Shown here one piece after another: positions 27,448-39,390 of a stretch of 64,000 bases of DNA. The stretch's first letter is position 1, and the number at the start of each line of letters is the position of its first letter. The position numbers and the translations under genes were made by a program. Source of the stretch: the human T2T-CHM13v2.0 reference genome, Homo sapiens; NCBI RefSeq assembly GCF_009914755.1, contig NC_060935.1; one strand, written 5' to 3'. Under the pieces are notes generated by a model. That model did no database searches and was not told where the DNA came from. It saw only the letters and a list, made by a program, of their open reading frames with translations.

Positions 27448-28204
27448 TGTTTATTATCCTTTTTTTAATTTTTTAAAAAAATTTAAGTTCTGGGATACAT
27501 GTGCAGAATGTGCAAGTTTGTTACCTAGGTATACATGTGCCGTGGTGGTTGGCTGCACCCATTAACCTGTCATCTAGGTTTTAAGCTCCCCATGCATTAG
27601 GTACTTGTCCTAATGCTCTCCCTCCCCTTTCCCCCAACCCCCCAACAGGCCCTGGTGTGTGATGTTCCCCTCCCTGTATCCATGTGTTCTCATTGTTCAC
27701 CTCCCACTTATGAGTGAGAATATGTGGTGTTTGGTTTTCTGTTCCTGTGTTAGTTTGCTGAGAATGATGGTTTCCAGCTTCATTCATGTCCCTGCAAAGG
27801 ACATGAACTCATTCTTTTTTATGGCTGCATAGTATTCCATGGTGTATATGTGCCACATTTTCTTTATCCAGTCTATCATTGATGGGCATTTGGGTTGGAT
27901 CCAAGTCTTTGCTATTGTGAATAGTGCTGCAATAAACATACATGTGCATGTGTCTTTATAGCAGAATGACTTATAATCCTTTGGATATATACCCAGTAAT
28001 GGGATTGCTGGGTCAAATGCTGTTTCTGGTCACTAGAGAAATGTAAATCAAAATCCCAATGAGATATCATCTCACGACAGTTAGAATGGTGATCATTAAA
28101 ATGTCAGGAAACAACAGATTCTGGCGAGGTTGTGGAGAAATAGGAAAGCTTTTACAATGTTGGTGGGAGTGGAAATTAGTTCAACCATTGTGGAAGACAG
28201 TGTG
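27448..28204 (-). mobile_element. L1PA7/8-grade element with a 5' inversion (28031-28204 in the opposite orientation)
   Basis: Antisense 3' UTR 'catctaggttttaagctccccatgcattagg' runs to 28030, then sense ORF2-end 'cactagagaaatgtaaatcaaaa...ccattgtggaagacagtgtg'. Likely TSD tttatttttt. Confidence 0.92.
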
Positions 28205-30574
28205 TTTATTTTTTATTAACTAACTGCACTGGCTAGAATTTCTAGCACTATAATGGATAATATTGGTGAAAATGCATTTCCTTGCCTTTCTTAGAGGGAA
28301 TACATTATCTTTCACTATAAAGCATAATGTTTGATATAGATTATGTTCGTCATTGTTATTTTTCAAGCTGAAGAAGTTCCCCTCTATTGAAATTTTATGG
28401 GAGTTTTTATCATGTGTGGGTGTTGAATTTTGTAAAAATATTTTTCATAAATTCATTGACCAATATATTTATTTTTTTCTTATTTAGGTTGCTAAATTTA
28501 TAGATTTCACTGACTTTTTAAAAATTTTTATTAAGAAGTTTAATTATTAAATAAGCGTGCTTAAGGATAACATTTTTTTTAAGTGGACCAAGACTCATGA
28601 TTGTCTCAACTTCAGAAGGTTAAATGTATACACTCATCAAAGGATTTCAGGCTTAAAATGCATTCAGTACACCACATCGAACCTCTCAATACTCTAGAAC
28701 ATATACGTAAGCAATGGAAATTTTTTTTTTTTTGCACAGTCATTTGTTATTCTCCAGAGTTTAAGCTAATTTATGGAAAAGCCAGAAATCAAAAACATTA
28801 ACAATCATTTATGTAACAACAACTTGTATTAGTTGTACCATTTGCAAAATTTAAACAAACTGTCATCACAACTTTTCACATATGTAAATAAAAACATCAA
28901 TATCTTACTGTTCACGATATCTTATAACACCTGTCCAAACATCCATCAAGTTATAAAGAGACTGTTTTAGATTAAACCAAAGATTTATTTGACGAGATAA
29001 AACATTTGGTTGTCACTTCTGCAACTTTGTGTTGCACAGCAGTGAGTACCCCTTTGATTAATCTAGCCTTCCCCTCTTACTGTTTCATGTTCTTGGCAGG
29101 AAGCAGATATTTCTAAGCCATTTGACACACTCAATAATGTTTTACAGTGAAGAGCCTCCACTATAATTATTCTCAACTTTACTCACTATCCTATTTTCTA
29201 GTATCTTTTTCTCTCTCGCTTTCTGGATGAAAATATTTCTCAGAACACACCTCATGCCTTCACACTTCAGCATCTAAACAAAACTTCTCTGTTGACATGA
29301 GCACTTATTTTTCCCCTCTTGGGCTGGGTTTTTATGACTTTCAATTCCAGGTCAACATTTATTCATTCTCATGTATTCTGTCACACATATTTAGCATTAA
29401 ACAGAAGCAAATTGCAAACCACCAAATATTGGAAGAGAGGTATTTACTTTACTTGGTTTTTCACTAAAATGGCAAGAATGCTATAAAGACTCCCTTAAAT
29501 TTGTACGTTTTACTAGTTTTAAAAGGTTTGGTCATTATAAGACATAGAATGCTCTTTATGGTCTAATGTCTTTTGTGTTTTCTCTATTTGGTCTCCTCAT
29601 TAATACTTTGGTTAATTGATGCATATTTTTGAGTTACTGGTCACTTAAATACATACATGAAGAAAATAAAATATTAACATCCTGTGTATCGACTGAGTTT
29701 GTATGCAGCCCGCTTTGGAGATCAGTATATCAAAACCTGGGAGGATTGTTGTTCAGACATAGTAAGTTTAAACATTTGTCCTTTCATATGTGGTAGCTAA
29801 TAATCTCTAGAGCTCATTTAGCCATATTAAATATAATCATGAAGAAGAAACAGTAACTTGCATGCGTGTTCGTGTGTGTGTGCTATTGTGATATGTATGT
29901 TTCCGGTTGAACTATTAATTCACCAGCAGGCATCAATTGCTGTTAGTACATGTGGGGAAAGCATTAAGGAATTATGCTCCTGGTTTATAATTTCAGTTTC
30001 AGGGAAAAGAAGTGGAAACAGGCTGACAAAAAGTGTAATGAGTGATCAGGATGGGAGGAATTGAGTGTCATTGGAAAGGGACATACAAAACATAGACAAG
30101 CAGATATACGAATACGGTCAAAGATGGTTTAGAATGAAATAAACAAAATGCATTATGAAACAACTATTTCGAATAATAAAATTAATCCAGTTGTGTGAAA
30201 TTAAATTCTAATTTTAAAAATTCTACTAGGACATATAATTTCAATTTTTCTCTCAACAAAGATATAAAAAATATTTGGGGGAATTACGGTGAAATGAAGA
30301 ATGAGAGATAAATTTAGAGCTAATTTTTTCTCAGCTTATTATTCTTACCCTAAAATCTTGGTGTTTTTCCGCCCCAAGATGGTTTCCATAATAGAAGAAA
30401 GTTTTGCTAATGGTTGGACTTTTATTTTTTAGTAAAGTATAAAACCTTATTAAATTATATTAAGCATGAATTAAAATCAATGCATTTGTGTACTAAGTTC
30501 ATTGACAGGGAGACTCAAGACTTTTTAAAAATAGGTTCTTCCCCAAAGGACCTATTTATTCGTTGTGATTTTGA

Positions 30575-30852
30575 AAAATACCTCTTTCGTTTTAGAATAA
30601 TTTTAGATATAACAGTAATTCGTGAGGATATTGCAGGTAGTTCCCATATATCCCACATTTAATTCCCCTTATTGTAAACGTCTTATATTAGTGTAGTCTA
30701 TTTTCCAAAATTAATGAAGCAGCTAATTGATACACACTTATTGCTAAAGCTCATACTGTATTAAGATTTTCTTGGTTTTTAGCCAATGTCCTTTTTCTAA
30801 TTCAGCATCCCATTTAGGATACCCCGTTACCATTAAATCGCTGTGTCTCTTA
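30575..30852 (-). mobile_element. L1MC/MD-grade 3' end
   Basis: 'ttttagaataattttagat...gttcccatatatccc...aatgtcctttttcta...ggatacc'. Confidence 0.6.
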
Positions 30853-31211
30853 AGGGAAGATAAACATAAATTATAATGATATGGAACAATTAAAACAAAA
30901 AGTATGGACATTTCAAAGTTGAAGTTGCTCATTAATTTTAGACTCTATAAATTCCACAAAGTAAGGGAAGGTGACATAGTCAAAATTTTATCTCCAGCAT
31001 CCTACAGTTATAAAAGTTGACACTCAGAAAATTATTATAATTGTATTGTAAGAAGCAGCTCCATGAAACATCCATTACCCGGCAAAAAATGGGTGCATTC
31101 ATATCTGATATAAACACTTCAACCAGCTATTCCAAATAATAGAGAAAAATAACATTACCTGCTTAAATGAAATTATAAGAGTATTGAATAGAGAGAACAA
31201 GAATGCAGCAA

Positions 31212-31411
31212 TATGGTAAAACCCCATCTCTACTAAAAAACAAAAATTAGCCAGGCCATGGTGGTGCATGCCCGTAGTCTCAGCTACTTGGCAGGCTGAG
31301 GCAGGAGAATCACTTGAACCCCGGGGACACAGGTTACAGTGAGCTGAGATCATGCCACTGCTCTCCAGCCTGGGCAACAGAGCAAGACTCTGTCTCAAAA
31401 AAAAAAAAAAA
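31212..31411 (+). mobile_element. 5'-truncated AluS with TSD, ~150 bp beyond the OR52E2 stop codon
   Basis: Starts at '(aa)tatggtaaaacccc', has a full right arm and poly(A); aatgcagcaa on both sides. Confidence 0.92.
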
Positions 31412-31561
31412 AAATGCAGCAACAGATCTCAAAATGTGGTATGAAAAGCAGATGGAGAAATTCAATGTATTTAAATACAGAAGAGAGCCAATAAAGCCAC
31501 ATATTAGAATATAATTTTTATGACAAGACATTTCTCTCACTGAAATTTCATAAAATTGCAT

Positions 31562-32539
31562 TCAGAACCTCGTATGTATTAGGTACTCTTCCTTTTCCAT
31601 TCCTTGTTCCTGCAATAATATTTTCTTTACACATTTATAGATCTGCTTGGTTCTGACTCCATATATGACAGGATTGAGCATTGGTGGCACCACAACATAG
31701 AGATTGGCTAGGAGTATATGGATATAGCGGGGCACATTTCGGCCAAAGCAATGAGTCATAAAGGAAAAGAGGGCTGGTGTATAGAAGGCAAGGATTACAC
31801 ACACATGTGAACCACATGTGCTGAGGGACTTGAGTCGGGCTTCATGAGTAGGAAGACGGAAAACAGCACAAAGAATATGCACATAAGAAAGGGCAATGAC
31901 TGTGATGTCAAACACCAGATTACAAATGGCACATAAACCATAAATAATATTGATTTTGATGCTGGCACAAGATAGATGAGCAAGACCCATGTGCTCACAG
32001 TAGGTGTGGGGAATTACATGATTCCCACAGAAGGGCAACCGCAATATAAGAAGTATAGAGGGAATGACGAAAATTAAAGCCCTCACAAACACACCAAGAC
32101 CAATCACAGAAACAACCTTGTTGGTGAGGATGGCGCTATATTGGAGTGGATTGCAGATGGCCACATAGCTGTCATAAGCCATTGCCACAAGGACTGCTGA
32201 CTCCATAAGTGTGAAGTTGTGGATAAAAAACATCTGGGTGAGGCAGGCTTCAAAGATGATCCCTCTGAGGTTGATCCAGAAGATTCCAAGCATCTTAGGG
32301 ATGGTAGCTGTTGAGAGACCCACATCAGTGGTGGCCAACATGGCCAGGAAGTAGAACATGGGCTGGTGTAGGCTGCTGTCAGTCTTGATCACAAGTAGAA
32401 TAGTGAAGTTCCCTATGAGTGCGATCATGTACACAGCACAGAAGGGAAAGCCGATCCAGATGTGAAGTGTTTCTAGTCCTGGGATCCCCAGCAACAGGAA
32501 GGAGGAGGGGTGAAACTGGGTGTCATTGGGAAGGAACAT
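31562..32539 (-). CDS. OR52E2: Olfactory receptor 52E2, class I, 325 aa
   Basis: ATG at 32539 ([14 protein letters not shown], sequon NDT); motifs [40 protein letters not shown] and PPMLNPVIY; long C-tail ...[11 protein letters not shown] recognised. Confidence 0.96.
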   Translation of the reverse strand: MFLPNDTQFHPSSFLLLGIPGLETLHIWIGFPFCAVYMIALIGNFTILLVIKTDSSLHQPMFYFLAMLATTDVGLSTATIPKMLGIFWINLRGIIFEACLTQMFFIHNFTLMESAVLVAMAYDSYVAICNPLQYSAILTNKVVSVIGLGVFVRALIFVIPSILLILRLPFCGNHVIPHTYCEHMGLAHLSCASIKINIIYGLCAICNLVFDITVIALSYVHILCAVFRLPTHEARLKSLSTCGSHVCVILAFYTPALFSFMTHCFGRNVPRYIHILLANLYVVVPPMLNPVIYGVRTKQIYKCVKKILLQEQGMEKEEYLIHTRF

Positions 32540-33690
32540 CCTGCTTGTGAATGCATAAGTCCACAGTCTACAGAAATGTATGCTCACCCAATCTGCATGT
32601 AACCACACAGGCTTCTGCAGTTCGGAGACAAAAATTTAATATAAGAAACATACATTTGTGCACATGATTTTTTGCAGGAAATTCTATCACTTTGAAACAT
32701 ACTGTATACAGAGCACTTTAGGTAAGTAACAAACATCTCAGGGATAAATTCTTAGATGAATTTATACAGTAAATTAAAATAAAATGTTCTACGTGATACT
32801 TTCAACTTTGCTAGCATTCTACTCTACCTAAACCCTATCAATATAACCTCACTGCCAATATTATGCTAAGATTTGCCTGAATACTTTTTACTTTAGCTAT
32901 TCTCTCTCATTATTACCATCATCACCAAAGAACCCCTTTGAATTTTGAACAAGGTAGGGTTTTCCTAGCCCTTAAATGTAGTGGTGGAAATTAATTCCAG
33001 TTGATTGAATGATAACACATATGGATTAACACAGAGGGTGGGTACACTCTATTCAATAAACACACAGACTGATCAAAATTTATGCCAAAATATACTAAAA
33101 ATCACTTAAAGGTTTAAAACTGTCCATTTAAAAATATTTACTCATTATTACTGTAAAATAAAATACAGAGTAACAGTGAAAACAGTCGCATCAACTACCA
33201 ATTATTGAAGTACTGCCTACTATTTGCAAAGCTTTGTTATGTGCAAATCATCTCTAATTTATAAAAAGAACACCCTTCAAGGAGAATATTAATTTTTCAT
33301 ATTTTCCATGTTAGCGATCAATGAGTTTAAGAGGCTTGTCAGATGTTTAAAATGCTTCTAATGGATGATCTGGGAAATTAAGCTAGCGATAAAAGTAGTG
33401 AATTTACATGGAAGGAAAATAGAAACAAAAGTGTAATGTATGACTTATCTGTGTTATTCACACCGGATAAAATACACACACACATGCATAATATTACACA
33501 CAGGTTAGACAAATACATATTTTTTTCAAAACTCACAACATCCATCTGAATAACACGTTAGTATCTCTAGCTCAAAGCTGAGGCAATCATGACTTCAGGA
33601 ATTTAAGATATATGTCAAATGTTTAATTAAAAACTAGTGAGAAAAAACAGGAGCCTTATAATATTAGATTTATGATAATGCAATCATGTT

Positions 33691-34000
<310 letters not shown>

Positions 34001-34849
34001 CAATCATTTCAAAGTTACCTAAATTCATCTAATCTGTCTTCATGCACCTTGCTTGTAATATTTGATGGGGGAGTATTTTCAGAGCATTTCTGACCATGGA
34101 AAGCTTTTACTGTTCCATAGAAAAATGCCTTACTCAAGATTAGAGAGGTTAACAAACCCTGGCAGTTTGAAAGAAATGCCATGTAAATTATTGGGATTAC
34201 TACCCAAATTAATGATAGTGATAAGTATGTAAATCATATGCTATGTAAGTCTATACCCCATTTTATAAAATGTGGGATGTTTAACAGGTAAAATAAAGAA
34301 CAAATGACTACAAGAAAAAAATTGTCTGTGTACATAAAATAGCCATCTTCTTGAGAAATATGTAAATGAACAAAATTACAGGCATCATGTTTTTGAATAC
34401 ACAGAACTCCATAAAATATAACTAATGGTTTTCAGAAGATACAAAAATAGAAATATCTGGCACAACAATATTTTGGTGATAAATAAGTGCCACCAATCCT
34501 GTCTATCATGTCACATCAAACATTCTTTATGTGTTAAAATCTATTCTGAATGAAAACACAACTGTAAAATCACTAAGCTAATTTGTTAGTGAAATAAAAT
34601 AACTCCTCTTTTAAGAGAGTTTTTTTTTCCTGAGAATAACTGCTGAATAAGTTACATATATATGACTTCTTTAACCTGTGCAGAATTACATAGCTCCTTC
34701 TGAATTACTTTGTTTGGAACATCAAAGTAGTATTTGAAACAGCCATACCTCAATCAATGTGAATTGGGAATAATTAAAGAGATCATCAGACAGAAATTGT
34801 TTTTGAAAGGAAAAACAAAGAAATCAAACACAGATTTACTCATTATATT

Positions 34850-35485
34850 ACCTCTTATATTTTATAACTCCATTTCAAGCTAACAACTTAAGCTTCAATC
34901 TTACACTAATTTACAAGAACTCTATACTTACCTGTGCACACATTTTATGTTATTGGTGTCAGAATTTATTTTTATATTTGCATCAATTAACAACTTTTTG
35001 CAGTTGTAGTTATTCTTAATACTTTTTTCCTTTTACTTTTATACTAGTATTAAAAGTTATTAATTCACCACCATTTAGTATTACATTATTTGGCATTTGT
35101 ATATATATTTACCTTTACCAGTGAGATGTATACTTTCATATGTACTAGTTAGCATCCTTTCATTTCAGAATGAATTCCCGTTAGCACCTCTTGTAAGACA
35201 GGTCTAGTGGTGACAAATTCCCTCAGTGTTGTTTGTTGGGTAAAGTCTTTCATTTGTAAAGGACAGGCTGGGTTGAGTGAATCTAGTAATCTCATTTGGC
35301 ATTTTTCCCCCCAGCACTTTGAATATATCATCCCATCCTTTCCTGGCTTACAAGGTTTCTGCTGAGAAATCTGCTGATAATCAATTCTGCTGATCTGCTG
35401 ATAATCAAGTAAGGGTTGCCTTTTGTGTTATAAATTACTTTTATTTTGATGGTGACAAAATTTTCTTTGTGTTTACAATTTGATC
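34850..35485 (-). mobile_element. Old L1M fragment (ORF1 end/inter-ORF)
   Basis: 'tttacctttaccagtgag', 'caggtctagtggtgacaaattccctcag', 'aaggtttctgctgagaaatctgctgata'. Confidence 0.75.
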
Positions 35486-35907
35486 AGACACAAGCGCAAC
35501 TTCTTACGGTCAGAAACGGATAACAAACCTGCAAATGTACCCCTGAACCTAAAATAAAAGTTAAAAAATAAGCTTAGAACTAAAACTAGGAATATCTATA
35601 TATTTCTGGTAACAAAGACTGAAAACAGATAAACTGTATCACCCCTCAAGGGAGATGAATCAATTGAAATTATCAAAAAATATGTGAAAAGGGGCTGTAA
35701 GAGCCAAACAGTGTGTATAATCTGTCCTCACCTCACCCATACTCTCTTTATTTTAGCATCCTATCCAACACTTGGCTGAAACTAAAACAGTTCTAGTTAA
35801 GTTAATTATTGATCTCTGGACACCAAACCCAAACAAATATCCCCGTCTCATCCTACTACAACTCCCAGCAGCATGTGACCCTGGATCATTCCATTCTTTG
35901 AAACAAA

Positions 35908-36395
35908 GTATATATATTTATATAGTTTGTTTAAGACTGTGTGTGTATATACATATGTATATATACTAGTTTATATATACACACTAGTGTATATATACTA
36001 GTTTATATATATATATACATGTTTAAATAGCAAGCTATATATATACACACCCATACACACATGCATAAATATGTATAGGTGTTTGTGTTTGTGTGTGTGT
36101 ATATATATATATGTGTGTATATATGTATGTGTGTATATATATTTTGAAGTACATATACTTATTTGTTATATATTTTTGACAATTTAGTTAGACACAAGTG
36201 GAACTTCTTACAGTAAGAAATGAATGACAAACCTGCACATGTACCCTGAACTTAAAATAAAAGGTTCAGATATACTATATGTACATATATAAACATACTC
36301 ATACATATATATTACATCGATATATACTGAGTATGTTTATATATAACATACTATATGTATAACATAAAAATCTCTATGTATATAACTAACATACT
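35908..36395. repeat. (TA)n/(CA)n/(TG)n low-complexity tract
   Basis: Degenerate dinucleotide runs containing repeated actagt palindromes. Confidence 0.85.
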
Positions 36396-37470
36396 CGTGT
36401 TTCCTTTTATATTGCTAATCTTTTTAAAATCTTTGTTGAATATTCCTTCACTGTCAGATTTCTAAATGTTGCCATGGATACCTTAAATTTTAGATCTGGT
36501 TTTATATCTCTTATATAACTACATTCTTTCTCTAAGATTTTTTAATTCAGCAATGCAGCATTCAAATCTGTCTATGCATTGATAACTCCACTGTACATCT
36601 TCATACTTGACTCCTCTAATGATCTCCCAAGTAGTATATTTGACAACGTACTGGATATTAGAACATCTAAGAGGCACAGCAAACATCACACAATCAATAA
36701 AGAATTTTCCTTAATAATATCCTTAACATTTCCTTCTCAGTAAATGTAAATCTTACTGCATGGTTATTCAAATCTGAAAACTAGGCATTGTTCTCCATTA
36801 TTAAAACCCTTTTACCTCTGTCAAGTTCTTCAATAAGTCCCCTTGTTTTTATGTCCAATGTGCTTTAAATTATTTACTTCTGATCTTTAGCACTGTCATC
36901 ACTATTTATTTTCTGCGATACTTTGTTAGCCTTTTATCTCATTCTTTCCACTCTTGGGCCATTCTTCCTAAATCTATGTTTTTATAGCAGGTAGTAAATT
37001 CTTGAAAAACAAAGCAACAACAATGAAACATTGGCAAGTCAAGTCATTCCTCTGCTAACAAGATAATTTGTTTCTACTGCTCTCAGAGTAAAAGGAAAAA
37101 CATTGCTATGATATCACTTGTGAGACTGTTACATAATGGGATCATTTTTCCTTATGTATGGAAAAGAGAAGTAGAAGTATACATCTGGTTTTGCCCCCAC
37201 ACATCTTCCTTCTCATCATTGTGCTCTTTTGCTCAAATTCCTTAGCTTGCTTCCCAGACAGCTTCACTCTTTCTGACATCAAACAGCACTGCCACTCTTG
37301 TTCACCAAACTACAGGCATTTTTTTCACTCTTTCTATTGGCGTAACAGTTCAAACCTCTTTTTTTTTTTTCACCACTCTATTTAAACATTTTCTATCCAG
37401 TTATCTAAGATAGCCCACCACATTTTCCTTTATATTACTGTATCACTAACACTTTATTTTCTCCTACAAA
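36395..37470 (+). mobile_element. L2 relic
   Basis: Pyrimidine-rich, with L2-like phrases 'tctaaatgttg', 'tctatgcattgataactcc', 'ccttctcagtaaatg', 'gtcattcctctgct'. Confidence 0.5.
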
Positions 37471-37699
37471 ATTTTCTCCATTTTCTCCTCACCCATATCC
37501 CCTATCTCTAACTTCCTAAAGCCAATCTCTCTTTCCTTTAGCCAACCTTTTCTTTCCTTGTTTCTCTTCACAAATGGCAGTTGTTTTCCCTCCTAGCTCT
37601 GCCCTCCTCCCTCCATCAGACTTATAAAATGTGTATGCTACTTCTGTTTACCCATCCCTTCATTAGCTTATTGCTTTGTACTCTTACTCCTGGTTAGAA

Positions 37700-38625
37700 T
37701 GCTCAAGTTGGGCTTCGTTCTGCCTAAGGAGTCTAGAAGGTTACCAGCTTATATACCAATGATAAAGGAAGCCTCTCATTTGTCCTGGAGTTCTGGAAGC
37801 CTGGGGGAACTGTAGCTACTCATGCTATATGGGGAGTAGAGACCTGTGGGTCTAAGGGATGTCAGTTGCTCAGGTAGAGGTACAGGGAATTTCCATACAA
37901 ACTGAGAATTCCTAAGGGAGGTTCAAGTGGGAGAAAATCAAGGAAAATCTGATCCTATCTCTGCTGGCTGGATGAGCTTAGATACACAATGGGGAGTGGG
38001 TAAGCTCCAACTATGTAAATTTTCAACAGCCTAAAGGCACTATGTGAATATTAAAATTGTAGAATTGAATAAAAAGAATATGGCACTAAAATGGTTACTA
38101 GAAGTGGGCAGATTCTAGAAACTACTCAGACATTTGGTAATCTCCTAGGGAACTTCCCTAAGTGTTAAGAGTGAGCCAGAAATAGATGCATTCACAGAGA
38201 GACTGACATAGGTTCAAACGATCTCAAATGCTGCTTTAAGATCTGAGATTGTTAGTGACCATGGCCACCTGCCAGAAGCAAATCTAAAGCTAAATCTTCT
38301 AAGTCAGAATAGTATTGTATAAATTATCCTTGGACTCAAATTATTAATATTTCTAATTTATTTTCCACAAAGTATCTTGCATCAGCATAACCATGCAGAG
38401 AAAGAATCAAACAAATGTGTCATAACACCAGTTTTTTTTAAAATAGGAATAAACATAGGAGATCAAATAATACTATTTTCAAATAGGTCTTATAATAACT
38501 GTAATTAAATATACTTAAGAAAATTAAATAAAATTTGAAGTGTTCTTTAAAAAACTAGAACTCTTTTAAAGATTCAAATGGAAACTCTGTATGTGAAAAA
38601 AAAACTTGAATTAAGAAATCAAGAG
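37700..38625 (+). mobile_element. Probable old L1M 5' region/ORF1 start relic
   Basis: 'cacctgccagaagcaaat' followed by A-rich ORF1-like 'caaatggaaactctg...gaattaagaaatcaa'. Confidence 0.45.
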
Positions 38626-39051
38626 TCTTTACTTCTATTCTGTGAAGGAACTGTAAAATTGAAAACCTAATTAATGCCCAAAGTTGTGTAGATCTTAAAT
38701 AGCAAAGCTTTCAATGCGGGCCATCAAGATTCCTAGCTATATTTCTTACCTTGTACTTTATATATAGCCCAGAAAAACCCCAAGATGAAAATTATTTTTA
38801 AATTGTTATATTTTGGAAAGTTCCCAGAAAACTTAGAAGAAACCAATAAATACCAACACAAATATTAATACAAATCTTCTCAGGATAAATACATAGTATA
38901 TCAAGAGAAGGATTGCTGATAATGAATTTCTAATATAAATGAGTAAGTCAGTTTTATATACATGTAAAAAAGAGGAGAAGGAAAAAAACACTGTAGACAC
39001 TATATGTGAGGTACAGCATAAACAAACAAATTAAAAAAATAAAGCAACCTA

Positions 39052-39361
39052 TGTGGCAGGTAAGATAATGGACCTCAAAGATAAAGGGGAATTTAAGTTG
39101 CAGAGGGAATTACGGCTGATGATCATCTGACCTTAAGATAGGGAAGTTATTCTAGATTATGTAGGCATGTTCAATGTAATTACAAACATCCTTACAAAGT
39201 GGAAGTAGGAGGCAGCAGAAAAGTCATTGTCAGAGGGATGTGATGTGAGATAGACTGCATAGGCCATTGCAGGCCTTGAAGATAGCAGGAGGCCGTGGAC
39301 CAAAACATGTTGGCAGCATCCAAAAGATGGAAAAGTTAAGAAGGTGGATTCTCCCCTAAAG
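39052..39361 (+). mobile_element. MLT1 (MLT1D-like) LTR, 3' part missing
   Basis: tgtggcagg...aatgg...gaccttaagataggga...aatgtaattaca...ccttgaagat...ggattctcccctaaag, then stops abruptly. Confidence 0.8.
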
Positions 39362-39390
39362 GTTACAGGTGTGAGCTACCACGCGGGGCC
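39362..39390 (-). mobile_element. 29-bp Alu 5' end
   Basis: Reverse complement reads ggccccgcgtggtagctcacacctgtaac (Alu start GGCCGGGCGCGGTGGCTCACGCCTGTAATC). Confidence 0.7.

Noticed and set aside
32540-32608. 23-aa N-terminal extension of OR52E2 in the ORF track (348 aa)
   Set aside because: It starts at GTG, not ATG. The ATG at 32539 gives the normal OR N-terminus with the NDT sequon.
37900-38155. O/E-like sites (ttcctaaggga, ctcctaggga) as a shared OR52E promoter
   Set aside because: They appear to lie within an old L1M 5' relic, and I have no independent support.
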